From sequence record DRR723986_5041: a stretch of 61,797 nt of DNA; one strand, given 5' to 3'. Below are positions 18,455 to 28,886 of this stretch, piece by piece. Numbering within the stretch: position 1 is the stretch's first letter; each line of letters opens with the position of its first letter. Under the pieces are notes generated by a model that had not been told where the DNA came from, made no database searches, and was given only the letters and a program-made list of their open reading frames with translations. Made by a program: the position numbers and the translations under genes.

Positions 18455-19483
18455 ATGACTGTACTCATTACCGGCGGTGCCGGTTATATCGGCTCGCATT
18501 GCTGCGTGGCTTTTCTTCAGGCCGGGCACGACATCGTTGTGGTGGACAACATGTCCAACGCGAGCCAGGTCAGTCTCGAGCGGGTAGCGGCCATCACCGG
18601 CGCGAAGGTATCTCTGGAAACAGCCGATATCCGGGATCAGTCGCGGATGGAGGAAATCCTCAAGCAGTACCGCTGTACGGCGGTGGTGCATTTTGCCGGC
18701 CTGAAAGCGGTTGGTGAATCCACCAAGATCCCCCTCGCCTATTACGACAACAACGTCGTGGGAACTCATCGCCTGCTGTCGGCGATGGCCAATTGCGGCG
18801 TGAAGCAAATGATCTTCTCGTCCTCGGCGACCGTCTACGGCGACCCGCAATTCCTGCCCCTGACCGAAGATCACCCGACGAGCGCCGTCAATCCCTACGG
18901 CCGCACCAAGCTGATGATCGAGGAAATGCTGCGCGATGTCGCCGCCAGCGACTCCTCCTGGCGCTTCGGCATCCTGCGCTATTTCAACCCGGTCGGCGCG
19001 CATGAAAGCGGGCTGGTGGGCGAAGATCCGCAAGGCATCCCGAACAATCTCATGCCGTTCATCACTCAGGTCGCGGACGGCCGCCGGGAGGAGCTTTCGG
19101 TCTTCGGCAACGACTATGACACGCCGGACGGGACCGGCATCCGCGACTACATCCATGTCATCGATCTGGTCGAAGGCCATTTGAGGGCACATGAAGTGCT
19201 CGGATCAGGCTCAGCCCCGTCCAATTGTTTTGCGGTCAACCTTGGCACCGGCAACGGCTACAGCGTGCTGGAGATGGTCAAGGCATTCGAGCGGGCCTCC
19301 AACAGACAGATCCGCTACTCCATCGCTCCCCGCCGGGAAGGCGATGTGGCACAGTGTTTCGCAAACACGGAATTTGCGGAAAAATTGCTCAACTGGAAGG
19401 CCGAGCGCGGCCTTGAGGACATGTGCCGCGACACCTGGAACTGGGTCTGCAAGAACCCGCGCGGCTACGAAACCGTCGCCTGA
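18455..19483 (+). CDS. galE: UDP-glucose 4-epimerase
   Basis: TGGAGYIGSH, HFAGLKAVGES, FSSSATVYG, YGRTK, LRYFNPVGAH, PNNLMP. Confidence 0.96.
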   Translation: MTVLITGGAGYIGSHCCVAFLQAGHDIVVVDNMSNASQVSLERVAAITGAKVSLETADIRDQSRMEEILKQYRCTAVVHFAGLKAVGESTKIPLAYYDNNVVGTHRLLSAMANCGVKQMIFSSSATVYGDPQFLPLTEDHPTSAVNPYGRTKLMIEEMLRDVAASDSSWRFGILRYFNPVGAHESGLVGEDPQGIPNNLMPFITQVADGRREELSVFGNDYDTPDGTGIRDYIHVIDLVEGHLRAHEVLGSGSAPSNCFAVNLGTGNGYSVLEMVKAFERASNRQIRYSIAPRREGDVAQCFANTEFAEKLLNWKAERGLEDMCRDTWNWVCKNPRGYETVA

Positions 19484-19505
19484 CCAGGTCTGACGCCTGA
19501 CATGT

Positions 19506-19535
19506 TTGAGCCGGCAAGCGGTCTTGCCGGCTCAA
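19506..19535. terminator. bidirectional terminator between galE and the GH16 gene
   Basis: TTGAGCCGGCAAG-CGGT-CTTGCCGGCTCAA, perfect 13-bp stem. Confidence 0.7.
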
Positions 19536-19559
19536 TTCATTGGCAGATGCCACTCGTTT

Positions 19560-20369
19560 CTAGGCTGAAGTGTTCTGAAACACTCTCACGGTGCGGATAC
19601 TGGTTGCAGCACCGGCAACGTCGCCATCGTTCTTGCCGGCAAAGGGCGCGACCGCATTGCTGAGAAGTAACAGCGCTGGCGTGTGAGCAAAATCGTTGGG
19701 TGCGTCAAAGACTTCCATGTCGTCGACGTAGAAACGAAATCCCTGCCGGGTCCAGAGCATCCCATAGCGGTGAAAGGTGTCGTCCAGCCGAATATGCGCC
19801 CGGTAACTTGCGGCAAGCACCTTCTTTTCCGGGCGCCACCGGCGGGCTGAGACCTGAACGATATTCGGATATTTGACTTCGGCCACATCCAGCTCGAAAT
19901 GTGTGTCGCCCTCCGTCTCGCGATCGGATATCAGCCAGAAGGCATTGTTGACACCGGCCTCGCGCGCGATGCGCATCTCGCACTCGAAATAGCCGTAAGT
20001 CTGGCGGAAGGTCCGGGTCCGAACGTAGCCTCCCGTGAAAGGCCGTTTCGGATCGGCCTGATGGCCGAGCTTGAGGTCGAGTTCGCCTTCCCGCATCACT
20101 ACGTTTTTCGGGTAGCGCATGGTCGGATGACCGTCCCCTCCGATGCGCATGCGGTCCCAGGTTTGCTGAAACCGGTGGAAGTCGTCGAAATCATCCTGGA
20201 AGGTCAGCTGCCAGTCGCCGTCCATCCGCTGCAGAGGGGCAGGCAGGTCGTTCGAGGTCAGAGCCAGCAAGCTGCGGGGCGACGCAAGAAGCGCCGCACC
20301 CGCCATTCCACCGGCTGCCGCGCCGGTCAGAAACCGGCGACGGCTCAACATAGGTCCGGGTCGTGTCAT
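19560..20369 (-). CDS. Tat-exported glycoside hydrolase family 16
   Basis: SRRRFL twin-arginine signal; WQLTFQDDF, YGYFECEM, AFWL, ELDVAE (ExDxxE), FHRYGMLW. Confidence 0.85.
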   Translation of the reverse strand: MTRPGPMLSRRRFLTGAAAGGMAGAALLASPRSLLALTSNDLPAPLQRMDGDWQLTFQDDFDDFHRFQQTWDRMRIGGDGHPTMRYPKNVVMREGELDLKLGHQADPKRPFTGGYVRTRTFRQTYGYFECEMRIAREAGVNNAFWLISDRETEGDTHFELDVAEVKYPNIVQVSARRWRPEKKVLAASYRAHIRLDDTFHRYGMLWTRQGFRFYVDDMEVFDAPNDFAHTPALLLLSNAVAPFAGKNDGDVAGAATSIRTVRVFQNTSA

Positions 20370-20384
20370 GATCCCGCGAACCGG

Positions 20385-21728
20385 TCAGCTCGCCAGTTTC
20401 GCGCCGGCGTCCGGCGATGTCTTCTCGCGAAGCTTCAGCTCCAGGTTCCACGCGCGGCTGCGCAAGGTCTCGATCTCACCGGTCATGAAATCGACCTCGC
20501 CCCGGAACCAGTCGGTTACTTCCTCGGTCGTCTGGTCGATCTTCACAAGGTTCGGCTTGACCAGAGGCTGCTCAGGCGGCGAGGCCACCGGTTTTGCGAG
20601 CACATGGTTGAGGCCGTTCTCGGTGAGGAAGCGATGGTACTCGGCATAATTCAGCCGGTAGACATGCTGAACCTTTGAGAAGTCGGCGCTCTCGAAGATC
20701 TTTTCCAGGTTGATCGGCATGTAGTCTTCGATCTCGACGGAAGGGATCGCGAACAGCGTCGACAATTCGCGAATGCGGGAATCGTAGGTGAAGAACACGG
20801 CGGGAATGCCCTGGTGCAGGCCGATGACGTTGCCGTGGAGGCGGAAGCCGACCAGAACATCGACATTGTCCCGCGCATCTGCCGCCCATTCATCAACGTC
20901 GAAGAATGCCTGCATCCGCTCGCTCATCAGCGCCTCGACATCCTTGTCGCCCTCCAGATTGTACTTTCCGAGGATCGAACGGATGTGCTTCTGCTTGGCT
21001 TCGCCGGTCTCGAAAATTGCCAGTGTTTCCTCGCGCTCGCCCTGGGAATAGAGACGATTGGCCGGCCGCTTGGCCACAGCCTCGATGAGCGCCCGTTGCA
21101 TGCGGTTGGTCTTGGTGGCGTTGGACGCATAGTCGGCGGAAAGATACTTGTTCAGGGTCAGGCCGACACGAGCGTTGGCCGGATCCAGTGGCTTGATCTC
21201 GATGGACGGCCTCAGATTGCGGTAGAAGCTCGGGCAGCCGATGATCCGGATGTTCTTGATGCCGATGTCGTTGAAGACCTCGGCGCTGTAGACACCGCGT
21301 ACGCCGATCGTTTCGCATTTGTCGGCGATGATCTTCCAGGCCTCGATGCTGCCTTTCGGCATTTCCAGCTTCTTGTATTTCGCCGCCTGGGCGCCGACAC
21401 CCACCGGGACGATCGGTCCCTTGAGCTTCTTCAGGAGCGGAATGACATTGCCGATATCGACCGTCTCTGTGAGGTAGTTGGATCCGCGAATGACGGTGGC
21501 GTCATAATCGTCGGTCGGCCAGAGTTTCTCGTCGGCCGCATGGGCGAACTGCACGTTGGTGATCTGGTCGTAGGCAAGTGCCTTCAACATCGCGTCATAG
21601 ACGAGAACGTCGCCCGTGTTGATCCCGCCGCGTGCAAAGGTCGACAGGGGATCATCGATTTTCAGAAATGCCGACTTGTTGCCCGGCTTGACGGCAGCGC
21701 CGCCGTTGAGAACGAAGAGCTTCTTCAT
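20385..21728 (-). CDS. polysaccharide pyruvyltransferase family (ExpA4/WgaD-like)
   Basis: NTGD, IRGSNY, GVRG, RIIGCPS, GFRLHGN, TYDSR. Confidence 0.85.
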   Translation of the reverse strand: MKKLFVLNGGAAVKPGNKSAFLKIDDPLSTFARGGINTGDVLVYDAMLKALAYDQITNVQFAHAADEKLWPTDDYDATVIRGSNYLTETVDIGNVIPLLKKLKGPIVPVGVGAQAAKYKKLEMPKGSIEAWKIIADKCETIGVRGVYSAEVFNDIGIKNIRIIGCPSFYRNLRPSIEIKPLDPANARVGLTLNKYLSADYASNATKTNRMQRALIEAVAKRPANRLYSQGEREETLAIFETGEAKQKHIRSILGKYNLEGDKDVEALMSERMQAFFDVDEWAADARDNVDVLVGFRLHGNVIGLHQGIPAVFFTYDSRIRELSTLFAIPSVEIEDYMPINLEKIFESADFSKVQHVYRLNYAEYHRFLTENGLNHVLAKPVASPPEQPLVKPNLVKIDQTTEEVTDWFRGEVDFMTGEIETLRSRAWNLELKLREKTSPDAGAKLAS

Positions 21729-21769
21729 GTGAACTGCACCTTTCAAAAATGTGGGCTCGGGCCCTTCGA

Positions 21770-24571
21770 TTACCGGACGGACGTCTGACGTCCGCGTTGC
21801 TGCCAGAGCGTTGCTCCGTCAGCCGCACTCCCCCGGACGGTCGTTTCGGATGAACTGGAAATCTGCGCCACCGGCGCCTTGGTTCGGCGGATGCTTTGCA
21901 GGCGATCCGGGAACCAGTTGTGCAATTGCCGCAGGAACGGCTGCAGGCTCTTTTCCCAACTGCGCTCTGCACTGCGCTGCGACGCGTTGGTCGAAAGGGT
22001 TCGAAGCAGCCTTTCCGACTTTGCCAGTGTTTCGAGCGCCGTGATCAGATCATGGGTCACCACGCCATCGTCAGAGGAGCGCAGCAACAGGCCATCAACC
22101 TTGTTCTCGATCAGCTCGCTTACGGCCCCCACATCGGTGGCGACAGGCACACAGCCAAGACGTTGTGCCTCGATAATCGTGAGCGGCGCACCTTCCCATC
22201 TGGACGGCAACACGAAGGCATCGGCCCAGGCCAGCAGTCGGCTGAGCCTTCGACTGTCATAGATCGGCGGATCGACGCGGATACCAAGTTCGGCAAACCG
22301 CTCCTTCCAGGAACCGCCTGCCCCGGCGTCCATGACGTCGGAACCGACAATGCGCCAGTCGATGTCGACACCCTTGCGCTTCAGGGCACGAGCCGCAGCA
22401 AAGATCCGCTCGATACCTTTCTGCCTGTCCAGCCGCCCCAGGAAGACAGCCCGCAGACGGCCATCGCGGTCTTGCTGACGGTTGTCCGACAGCCGTTTGG
22501 CTTCTTCCGGCGCCATCGGGTAACCGGCGGCATTCGGAATATGAAGCAGCTTGGCAACAGGCACGCCCATGCCGTGCAGCCACTCCGCCATGTCCCGCGA
22601 GCAGGTCAGCACACTGTCGTAGATGTGCTCATAGGCAAGCGTCAGATAGGGATGGCCCGCCGGACGGCCGAGTTCGGAACTGTCCAGCACATGCACGTAG
22701 TTGACGACCTTGACCCCGCGCCGGCGAAGTTCGCCGAAAATGGCATTGGCCGGGGCAAGCTGGTTGTTGATCACCACATCAAGGCCGGACAGGAACCCGA
22801 GAACCTGTTCGGCCCGCGCGTTTTCGTCATGCCCCATCAGCAACTCGTGGCCGGAGAACATGTTGGGACCACCCCACAGAGGATAGTCGTCGGCCAGAAA
22901 GTTGATGGTGTCGAACACCCCGTCGTTGTCGGAGATGTGGTTGTAGACCGGCTTTCCGAACACATAGAGGTGAACCTCGCACCCGGCTTTTTTCAGAACC
23001 CGGGCAGCCGCGTAGGCAACCTTCTCGACACCGCCGAACGTGGCGATCGGCAACAACAGACCGACCCTGAGGGGCGCGCCCTCACGACCAAGACGCGGCA
23101 TGATCGGGGCTGCCCCCGCACTGTGCCGCAGCAGCTCGAAATACTTGCTGCGGTTCGGGAAGTAGGCAGAACGCCAGATCCAGCGTTCGCCGGGCCCGTG
23201 GCGATAGCCGGACTCACGCAGGGCCCCCAGCGTAGCCAGAAGGCTGTTTGTGGCAGACAGGGCGGTGCCCTGAATGTCTTCCGCCGAGAACGGCCCACGC
23301 ACGACGACTTCGGCTATCTTCGGTGCCGGATTGGCACCTCTCAATGTCCGGATCCAGTCGTCGGACTTGTCCTCGACACATTGCTTCATGATGTCGAGCG
23401 AGCACATCCAGCCAAGCGGCTTCTTGGCAAGTTCCTTGCCTTCGCCCAGCTCGTTCACTTCAATGGCCAACCGGTCCTTGTCGCTTTCGAACCGAAGCGC
23501 GACAAAATGATGGGACGCCGACAGGCGCTCGGTCAGCCACAAGACGTTGTGCAGCAGACCGCAGCTTTTCAGCGCGTCCCTGTGTGCAGGCGACATCCAC
23601 AGCCAGAACGGAGGTACGCCGTAGGTTTCCGGTTCGGCCTGCGCTGCCCAGAAGGTCTTCACGAATTCCTCGATGCTGCGCTTCTTGTGCGCAACGACAG
23701 GATCGGTGAAGAGATCGACCAGGTAGGTATCTGCTCCGAATGCAACGAACCGTGGTGCTTCCTCGTGCTCCCAGCCAAGCAGCGTCTCGGTGGAGAACAG
23801 CTTCTTGTGCTTGTCCTTGATGTATCCAAGAATGCTGTCACGGGTTCGGTTGGAATCGCGCAACATGCTTTCGGCACGCTGGCGGTACTCGAAGCCGAAG
23901 AAGGGATAGTTCGCTCCCTTGAAGCCATGAGAAATCGCCTGCAGCCAGAAATCCCAATCCTCGAAGCCGGACTTCATGCTCTCGTCGAAACGAACCCCGG
24001 CGTCGAGGAGGGATCTGGAGACCAGGCTGCCGGCCTCGCAGATATTGTCGAAGGTAACGTGCAGAAGGCGCGAATATTCCGCCGTATAGTTGCCGTTCCA
24101 CTCGATCCCGAACTTGTCGATATTGGGATAGACCCAATCCACGCCATCACTGGATTTCATGAAGTCGAGAAGAACGCGGATCGCCGAGGGCGTGATCCGG
24201 TTGTCGGCATCCAGGAAATAGACCGCTTCCAGATCGGAGAAGCTGCGCAAGGCAAAGTCGATGCCGTAGTTGCGCGCAGAACTCAGACCGCCGTTGGCCT
24301 TCCGCAGGTAATAGACATTGTCGTAGGCGAGCGCATAGGCCCGCCCCGTTTGCCCCGTTTCGGGAAAGGGGCAACCATCGTCAACGATCACAACCGCGAT
24401 GTTGAACGGCGCCTGCTGGGCCAATGCCGCGTCGATGGCCTCGGTCAGAAGGACCGAGTGCTTGTAGACCGGAATGACGATGGCGACCGTGGCCGAAGCC
24501 GTGCCGGAACCGCCGAACTGTGCGTAACGCACATTCGGCAAGCCCGGTCTTGAACCAGTGTGCTGGAGCAT
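21770..24571 (-). CDS. bifunctional GT2 + GT4 glycosyltransferase (ExpA5/WgaE-like)
   Basis: N-terminal IVIPVYK/FLDADN/EDWDFW; C-terminal FLGRLDRQKG, LPSRWEGAPLTIIEA. Confidence 0.88.
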   Translation of the reverse strand: MLQHTGSRPGLPNVRYAQFGGSGTASATVAIVIPVYKHSVLLTEAIDAALAQQAPFNIAVVIVDDGCPFPETGQTGRAYALAYDNVYYLRKANGGLSSARNYGIDFALRSFSDLEAVYFLDADNRITPSAIRVLLDFMKSSDGVDWVYPNIDKFGIEWNGNYTAEYSRLLHVTFDNICEAGSLVSRSLLDAGVRFDESMKSGFEDWDFWLQAISHGFKGANYPFFGFEYRQRAESMLRDSNRTRDSILGYIKDKHKKLFSTETLLGWEHEEAPRFVAFGADTYLVDLFTDPVVAHKKRSIEEFVKTFWAAQAEPETYGVPPFWLWMSPAHRDALKSCGLLHNVLWLTERLSASHHFVALRFESDKDRLAIEVNELGEGKELAKKPLGWMCSLDIMKQCVEDKSDDWIRTLRGANPAPKIAEVVVRGPFSAEDIQGTALSATNSLLATLGALRESGYRHGPGERWIWRSAYFPNRSKYFELLRHSAGAAPIMPRLGREGAPLRVGLLLPIATFGGVEKVAYAAARVLKKAGCEVHLYVFGKPVYNHISDNDGVFDTINFLADDYPLWGGPNMFSGHELLMGHDENARAEQVLGFLSGLDVVINNQLAPANAIFGELRRRGVKVVNYVHVLDSSELGRPAGHPYLTLAYEHIYDSVLTCSRDMAEWLHGMGVPVAKLLHIPNAAGYPMAPEEAKRLSDNRQQDRDGRLRAVFLGRLDRQKGIERIFAAARALKRKGVDIDWRIVGSDVMDAGAGGSWKERFAELGIRVDPPIYDSRRLSRLLAWADAFVLPSRWEGAPLTIIEAQRLGCVPVATDVGAVSELIENKVDGLLLRSSDDGVVTHDLITALETLAKSERLLRTLSTNASQRSAERSWEKSLQPFLRQLHNWFPDRLQSIRRTKAPVAQISSSSETTVRGSAADGATLWQQRGRQTSVR

Positions 24572-24577
24572 GCCGGC

Positions 24578-26119
24578 CTACCCGCTCACGACAGCGCGGA
24601 AGTTGGCGAATTTCGCCCAGGCAAAATCGTTACCGGTCGTTTCGTTCATCCGGGTGGCAAAATAGACATTTTGCCAGACCCCGATCCGCTCGCCTGCAAA
24701 GGCGCTCAGATGTGCCGTCTCGCCGTAACTGACGGTTTTCCAGCCGGAAAACGCCTCGCCGACGGACTGTTCACGCTCTCCCTTGAAGAGCGCCTTGGCC
24801 GCGCCAAGGTCCTTGGCAACCACAATGGCGAAATCGATATCGGCGGCGCGGCTGTTGTCGATGAATGCCTTGGCAGACATGCGGATCACCTGCGGCGGAC
24901 AAGCTGCCGGAAGTTGCCCGATGGTCATGCCTTCCGCAGGCGGGTGACAGCCGATGGCGCGTTCCGTCGGCAACGGCATGATCGCTTCGAAATCGAAGGA
25001 CACCTCATCGGAATTGGCAAGGCTTGCGTGCTCCAGGATGCCCGGGGCGATCGGCATGTCGCGGAAGCCTTCGTCCAGGTTCACCTGTTGCGACTGCGCC
25101 GGAATGTAGTTGGCGTGTGGCGGCATGGAAACGCCCGGAATGCCACCCCACACCTGAAGGGCGAGGCTGTTCTTGAGGACCGACAAGCCGTTGGCGGCAT
25201 CGCGCACATGGAACATTTCGACCGGCTGCAGACCACCGACGGACAGAAGCGGTACCTCGTCCTCGGTCTCTTCAACCTGCATGCGGAACTCCAGCGTTCT
25301 GCGCAGGCCCGCAGTCGAGCGAGACAGGCCGAAGATGTTCCAGCCCGTGGACAGATCGCCACTGGAGAAATGCCAGGTATCGACGATCCTCTGGTCCTCC
25401 AGTGTCATCAACTGGGCACGCAGCTTGATGTCGGGACGGCTGCCGGTCTGTTCGACATGCACCGCCACTCCGCTGACACCGGAACTGGGCACCGGCAGGA
25501 TCTGGCTGACACCATCGACGGAGGCACTTGCCAGCACATTCGGATTGAGCGGGTTTTCGGCAGGTTCGTTGCTGAACAGGAGATCCAGCGGCTGCAGACC
25601 ATGCCGGTTGAGGAACGCTTCAAGTGCGGCAAACCGGTTCTGCAGGTCGTCGTTCAGGCTGCGAAGTGTCTTCAGCTCCTTGCTGGACAGAACCAGGCGC
25701 CGCGCACCCGATTTCACATGATCGGCAACCAGCCCGACCATCGAGGAAACAGCCTCCACTTCACCGCCACGACCCCAACCGATAACCGGTGGCAACTGAA
25801 CCACACCGCGTTGCTGCATCCATTTGTGCAGTTCGTCCTTTGCATCCATTGCAGCCGGATCCACGATCACGGCCAGTGGCAGAAGCGGCGCTTCCGACAC
25901 CTGGTACCGGCCTGCGCTCTCGTCGGAAAACAGGGCGTAGTCGTCCTCGACACCCTCGAACCAGACCGTCTTGACCGCCTCGAGCAACGGCCCGGGAATG
26001 TCCTGCCTTGATACGCCCACGACGATCAAGGTCAGCTCCTTCAGCAGCAGCATCTCACGCGTAGCGTTGTGAACGGGAAACGTGTCTTGTGTAGCCACGA
26101 CTGTCATGCAAGCCCCCAT
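24578..26119 (-). CDS. EPS-associated protein, DUF6212-like (ExpA6/WgaF-like)
   Basis: 513-aa ORF heading the sub-operon; coiled coil followed by beta-rich domains. Assigned mainly by context. Confidence 0.65.
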   Translation of the reverse strand: MGACMTVVATQDTFPVHNATREMLLLKELTLIVVGVSRQDIPGPLLEAVKTVWFEGVEDDYALFSDESAGRYQVSEAPLLPLAVIVDPAAMDAKDELHKWMQQRGVVQLPPVIGWGRGGEVEAVSSMVGLVADHVKSGARRLVLSSKELKTLRSLNDDLQNRFAALEAFLNRHGLQPLDLLFSNEPAENPLNPNVLASASVDGVSQILPVPSSGVSGVAVHVEQTGSRPDIKLRAQLMTLEDQRIVDTWHFSSGDLSTGWNIFGLSRSTAGLRRTLEFRMQVEETEDEVPLLSVGGLQPVEMFHVRDAANGLSVLKNSLALQVWGGIPGVSMPPHANYIPAQSQQVNLDEGFRDMPIAPGILEHASLANSDEVSFDFEAIMPLPTERAIGCHPPAEGMTIGQLPAACPPQVIRMSAKAFIDNSRAADIDFAIVVAKDLGAAKALFKGEREQSVGEAFSGWKTVSYGETAHLSAFAGERIGVWQNVYFATRMNETTGNDFAWAKFANFRAVVSG

Positions 26120-26341
26120 CTGAACTGTGAAGCGTCCCCCTGCCGGAGATCCGCTTGCTCAACTAATATACATGCACAAGATTTATGTTTGTTTGTGACA
26201 ATAATGCGGCGCAACATAGAATTATGTAAATATATTTATCTACTTATTGCTTTTCACAAAATATAGATGCATTTCTATCGTAATATTACTCAAATAATAC
26301 GAATAAAATACTTCAAAATTCGAAATTATATTCTTATCAAG

Positions 26342-27529
26342 TCACATGAGAGCCACCACCTTCCGCTGCTGTGCCGGCGCACGCTCCCGCATGACATGCG
26401 GCACATTGTTTTCACTCAGGAAGTCACCCATGGCGTAATAGGTGGCCTCATAGGCCCGGTTGAACCGGTCAAAGAGGCCCTGATCCCAATAGTCGCTCAG
26501 GCGGAACACCTTCTCGCTGAAGACGTCGAAGCTCGGGATCCGGAACGTCTCCGCAAATTCGCGCGTGCGGCTGTCGTAGGTGAAATAAAGCGCCGGGACG
26601 CCATTGGCCAAAGCCATCAGGTTGCCATGGAGGCGATAGCCGAGCACCAGGTCGCAGCCTTTGACGCAGGCATCATAGTCCGCAACAACGTCGGAATAGA
26701 ACATGGAGTTGCGGTAGAGGCACTCGATGTCGTCGTCCAGATACCACTCGCCAACCCAGGCATTCTCCCGAAGCGAGGAGATCGCCTGATCCTTTTGCGC
26801 AGGCGTTCCAAGTACCAGCTTCTTTTCCTCCAGCTCGCCCTGAGCCATCAGAACGGTATCGAAGCGGGCCGCAACCGACTTGATCAGGTCGCGATGGAAC
26901 GTGAGATACTGCCGGATATCTCTGGCGTATGCCGGCGACACTTCGCGCCGCACGGTCAGGCCGACTTTCCGGATACGGTCGATCTCGGGAAGCGTGATCC
27001 TCAGACCGGGATCGTTGTGGCGAAATGCCGTCGGGCAACCGATGATCCGCGTGTTGGAAATTCCGATGTCTTCCAGCACCTCGGCGGTGTAGGCACCGCG
27101 AACGCCGACAGATGTCGTCGAACCTGCAATCAGGCGCAGGACATTCTTCGTGGCATCCGACAGCACAAGCTTGCCGTCCACCGGCGCCTGGGCACCAATT
27201 CCGAAAGCCAGAACCGGAAGCCCGAGCCGGCGCAGCACCTGCTCCGCCATTTCCCAGTCCATCTCGCCGTGAATGTAGTTGGACCCGCGCAACACGACAT
27301 AGTCGAATTCATCCCGCAACCGGTCGACTTCCGCCGGGTTGAATTCGCGGATCGTCAGGGTTTCGAGCCTGTCGTACTTCAGCAGTTTCAGCGAGGAATC
27401 GAAAACGAAGGCATCGCCGATATTGTGATAGTGGTTCAGGTTGCGCTGAATGTCCTGATGGCTGTACCAGCGGACATTGTTGTGATCGTAGACTTCGCCG
27501 GACGGTATCATCACCAGAACGCGTGTCAT
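26342..27529 (-). CDS. polysaccharide pyruvyltransferase family (ExpA1/WgaA-like)
   Basis: Start at ATG 27529; NIGD, LRGSNY, GVRG, RIIGCPT, GYRLHGN, TYDSR; paralog of 20385..21728. Confidence 0.85.
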   Translation of the reverse strand: MTRVLVMIPSGEVYDHNNVRWYSHQDIQRNLNHYHNIGDAFVFDSSLKLLKYDRLETLTIREFNPAEVDRLRDEFDYVVLRGSNYIHGEMDWEMAEQVLRRLGLPVLAFGIGAQAPVDGKLVLSDATKNVLRLIAGSTTSVGVRGAYTAEVLEDIGISNTRIIGCPTAFRHNDPGLRITLPEIDRIRKVGLTVRREVSPAYARDIRQYLTFHRDLIKSVAARFDTVLMAQGELEEKKLVLGTPAQKDQAISSLRENAWVGEWYLDDDIECLYRNSMFYSDVVADYDACVKGCDLVLGYRLHGNLMALANGVPALYFTYDSRTREFAETFRIPSFDVFSEKVFRLSDYWDQGLFDRFNRAYEATYYAMGDFLSENNVPHVMRERAPAQQRKVVALM

Positions 27530-27548
27530 TCCATATTCCTTTGTCTTC

Positions 27549-28886
27549 TCAGGCGCTTTGCTTGAGGGCACCGGGACGAGACGCGAGGCCGCCATCTAGA
27601 ACCTCGCGATAAAGGGTCACGTGCTCGCCGGCACTTTCGAGATGCGTTTTGGGTGGCCTGATGCCCGTCCGCAGACGCTGCCACAGACCCGGATCGCGCA
27701 AGGCTTCGGCCATGCGGTCCGCCAGGTCTTCCGGGCTTGCCGGCCGGGCATGCAAACCGTCGACCTTGTCGCGAACCTTTTCGGCCATGCCACCGATGCC
27801 GCTGCAGATAACCGGACGCCCATGGAAGAACGCTTCCTGGATGATCACAGGTGAGTTCTCCCACCATACGGACGGCATCATCACCCAGTCCGTTTGCCGG
27901 ATCAGCGACGGCATATCCTTGTTCTGGTAGCTGCCGGCGAAACGCACGCGCGATCCGGCCGCTTCCAGAAGCTCTGAAATTCGACTGCGAAACGCTTCGG
28001 GCTGACGTTCCAGATTGCCGCCATGAATGGTCAGCGTGGCATCTTCCCCCCAGATGCTTTCGGGAACTCGCTGGACTGCATCCAGAAGTACATCCACCCC
28101 CTTGTAGGGCGTCATCTGGCCGAAGAACGCGAAACGGTTCCGCCGGCCACCGGCTGCCACGGAACGCTGCGCCGCCTGTTCGCTCACGTTCAGGCCGTTT
28201 TCGATAACGGTCATCTTGTCCGCCGGCAGCCCCCAGGCGACATAGCGGTCCGCCAGGAAACGGCTGGGCGAGATGTAGCCATCGGCAAGCCCGAGCATGG
28301 ACTTGATGAACTGCCGCCGGCGCAGGAAACTGGCCGGCGAAATCTCCGGAAAGCAACCGTTGCAGGCAATCGGCGTGGCTGCCTCGCAGAGTTTGTGACC
28401 ACCAGCTTTGACCATTTGCCCATGATGATGGCAGATGGACAGGAACTCGTGGAAAGTCACCAGAATGGTGGCGTCCGGCAAGGCGTCGCGCACCGTGTAG
28501 AGTGTCTCTAGCCCGAAGCCGATGAAATGATGGAAATGCACCACGTCCGGACGCAGGGTGCGCACAAACCGCCGCAGGTCCCTGTGCAGGTCTCCGGTGT
28601 TGCGGTTGGACACCAGGAACGGGTCGTAGTCGTCAGCGTGGAAAAGCAGCTCGTCATCGGCGTCATCGACCCCCATCAGCGCGGACTGGCCGTGCCGCGG
28701 ATAGCCGTCACCGACCCGCGCCAGGAAGAACGATTGTGTTCCCGGCAGGGCTTTCAGACCCTGGTGCAGATTGTAGGAAGCCACTTCCGCTCCGCCGAGT
28801 GACAGTGTCGGATGGCCGTGAGAAATGACGAGCACGCGCAGAGCCGCGGCCTTGGAAGGTGTTCTTTCCTCGTGAGCAGCCGTCAT
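27549..28886 (-). CDS. GT4 glycosyltransferase (ExpE7/WgeG-like)
   Basis: GGAEV, PDVVHFHH, FGQMTPYKG, PSVWWENSPVIIQEA. Confidence 0.88.
   Translation of the reverse strand: MTAAHEERTPSKAAALRVLVISHGHPTLSLGGAEVASYNLHQGLKALPGTQSFFLARVGDGYPRHGQSALMGVDDADDELLFHADDYDPFLVSNRNTGDLHRDLRRFVRTLRPDVVHFHHFIGFGLETLYTVRDALPDATILVTFHEFLSICHHHGQMVKAGGHKLCEAATPIACNGCFPEISPASFLRRRQFIKSMLGLADGYISPSRFLADRYVAWGLPADKMTVIENGLNVSEQAAQRSVAAGGRRNRFAFFGQMTPYKGVDVLLDAVQRVPESIWGEDATLTIHGGNLERQPEAFRSRISELLEAAGSRVRFAGSYQNKDMPSLIRQTDWVMMPSVWWENSPVIIQEAFFHGRPVICSGIGGMAEKVRDKVDGLHARPASPEDLADRMAEALRDPGLWQRLRTGIRPPKTHLESAGEHVTLYREVLDGGLASRPGALKQSA

Noticed and set aside
21896-24553. 885-aa plus-strand ORF (also 24560..26011, 26267..27565, 30761..32029, 31686..33260)
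   Set aside because: Antisense shadows of motif-bearing EPS genes; long stop-free antisense frames are common in GC-rich coding DNA and these show no domain motifs.
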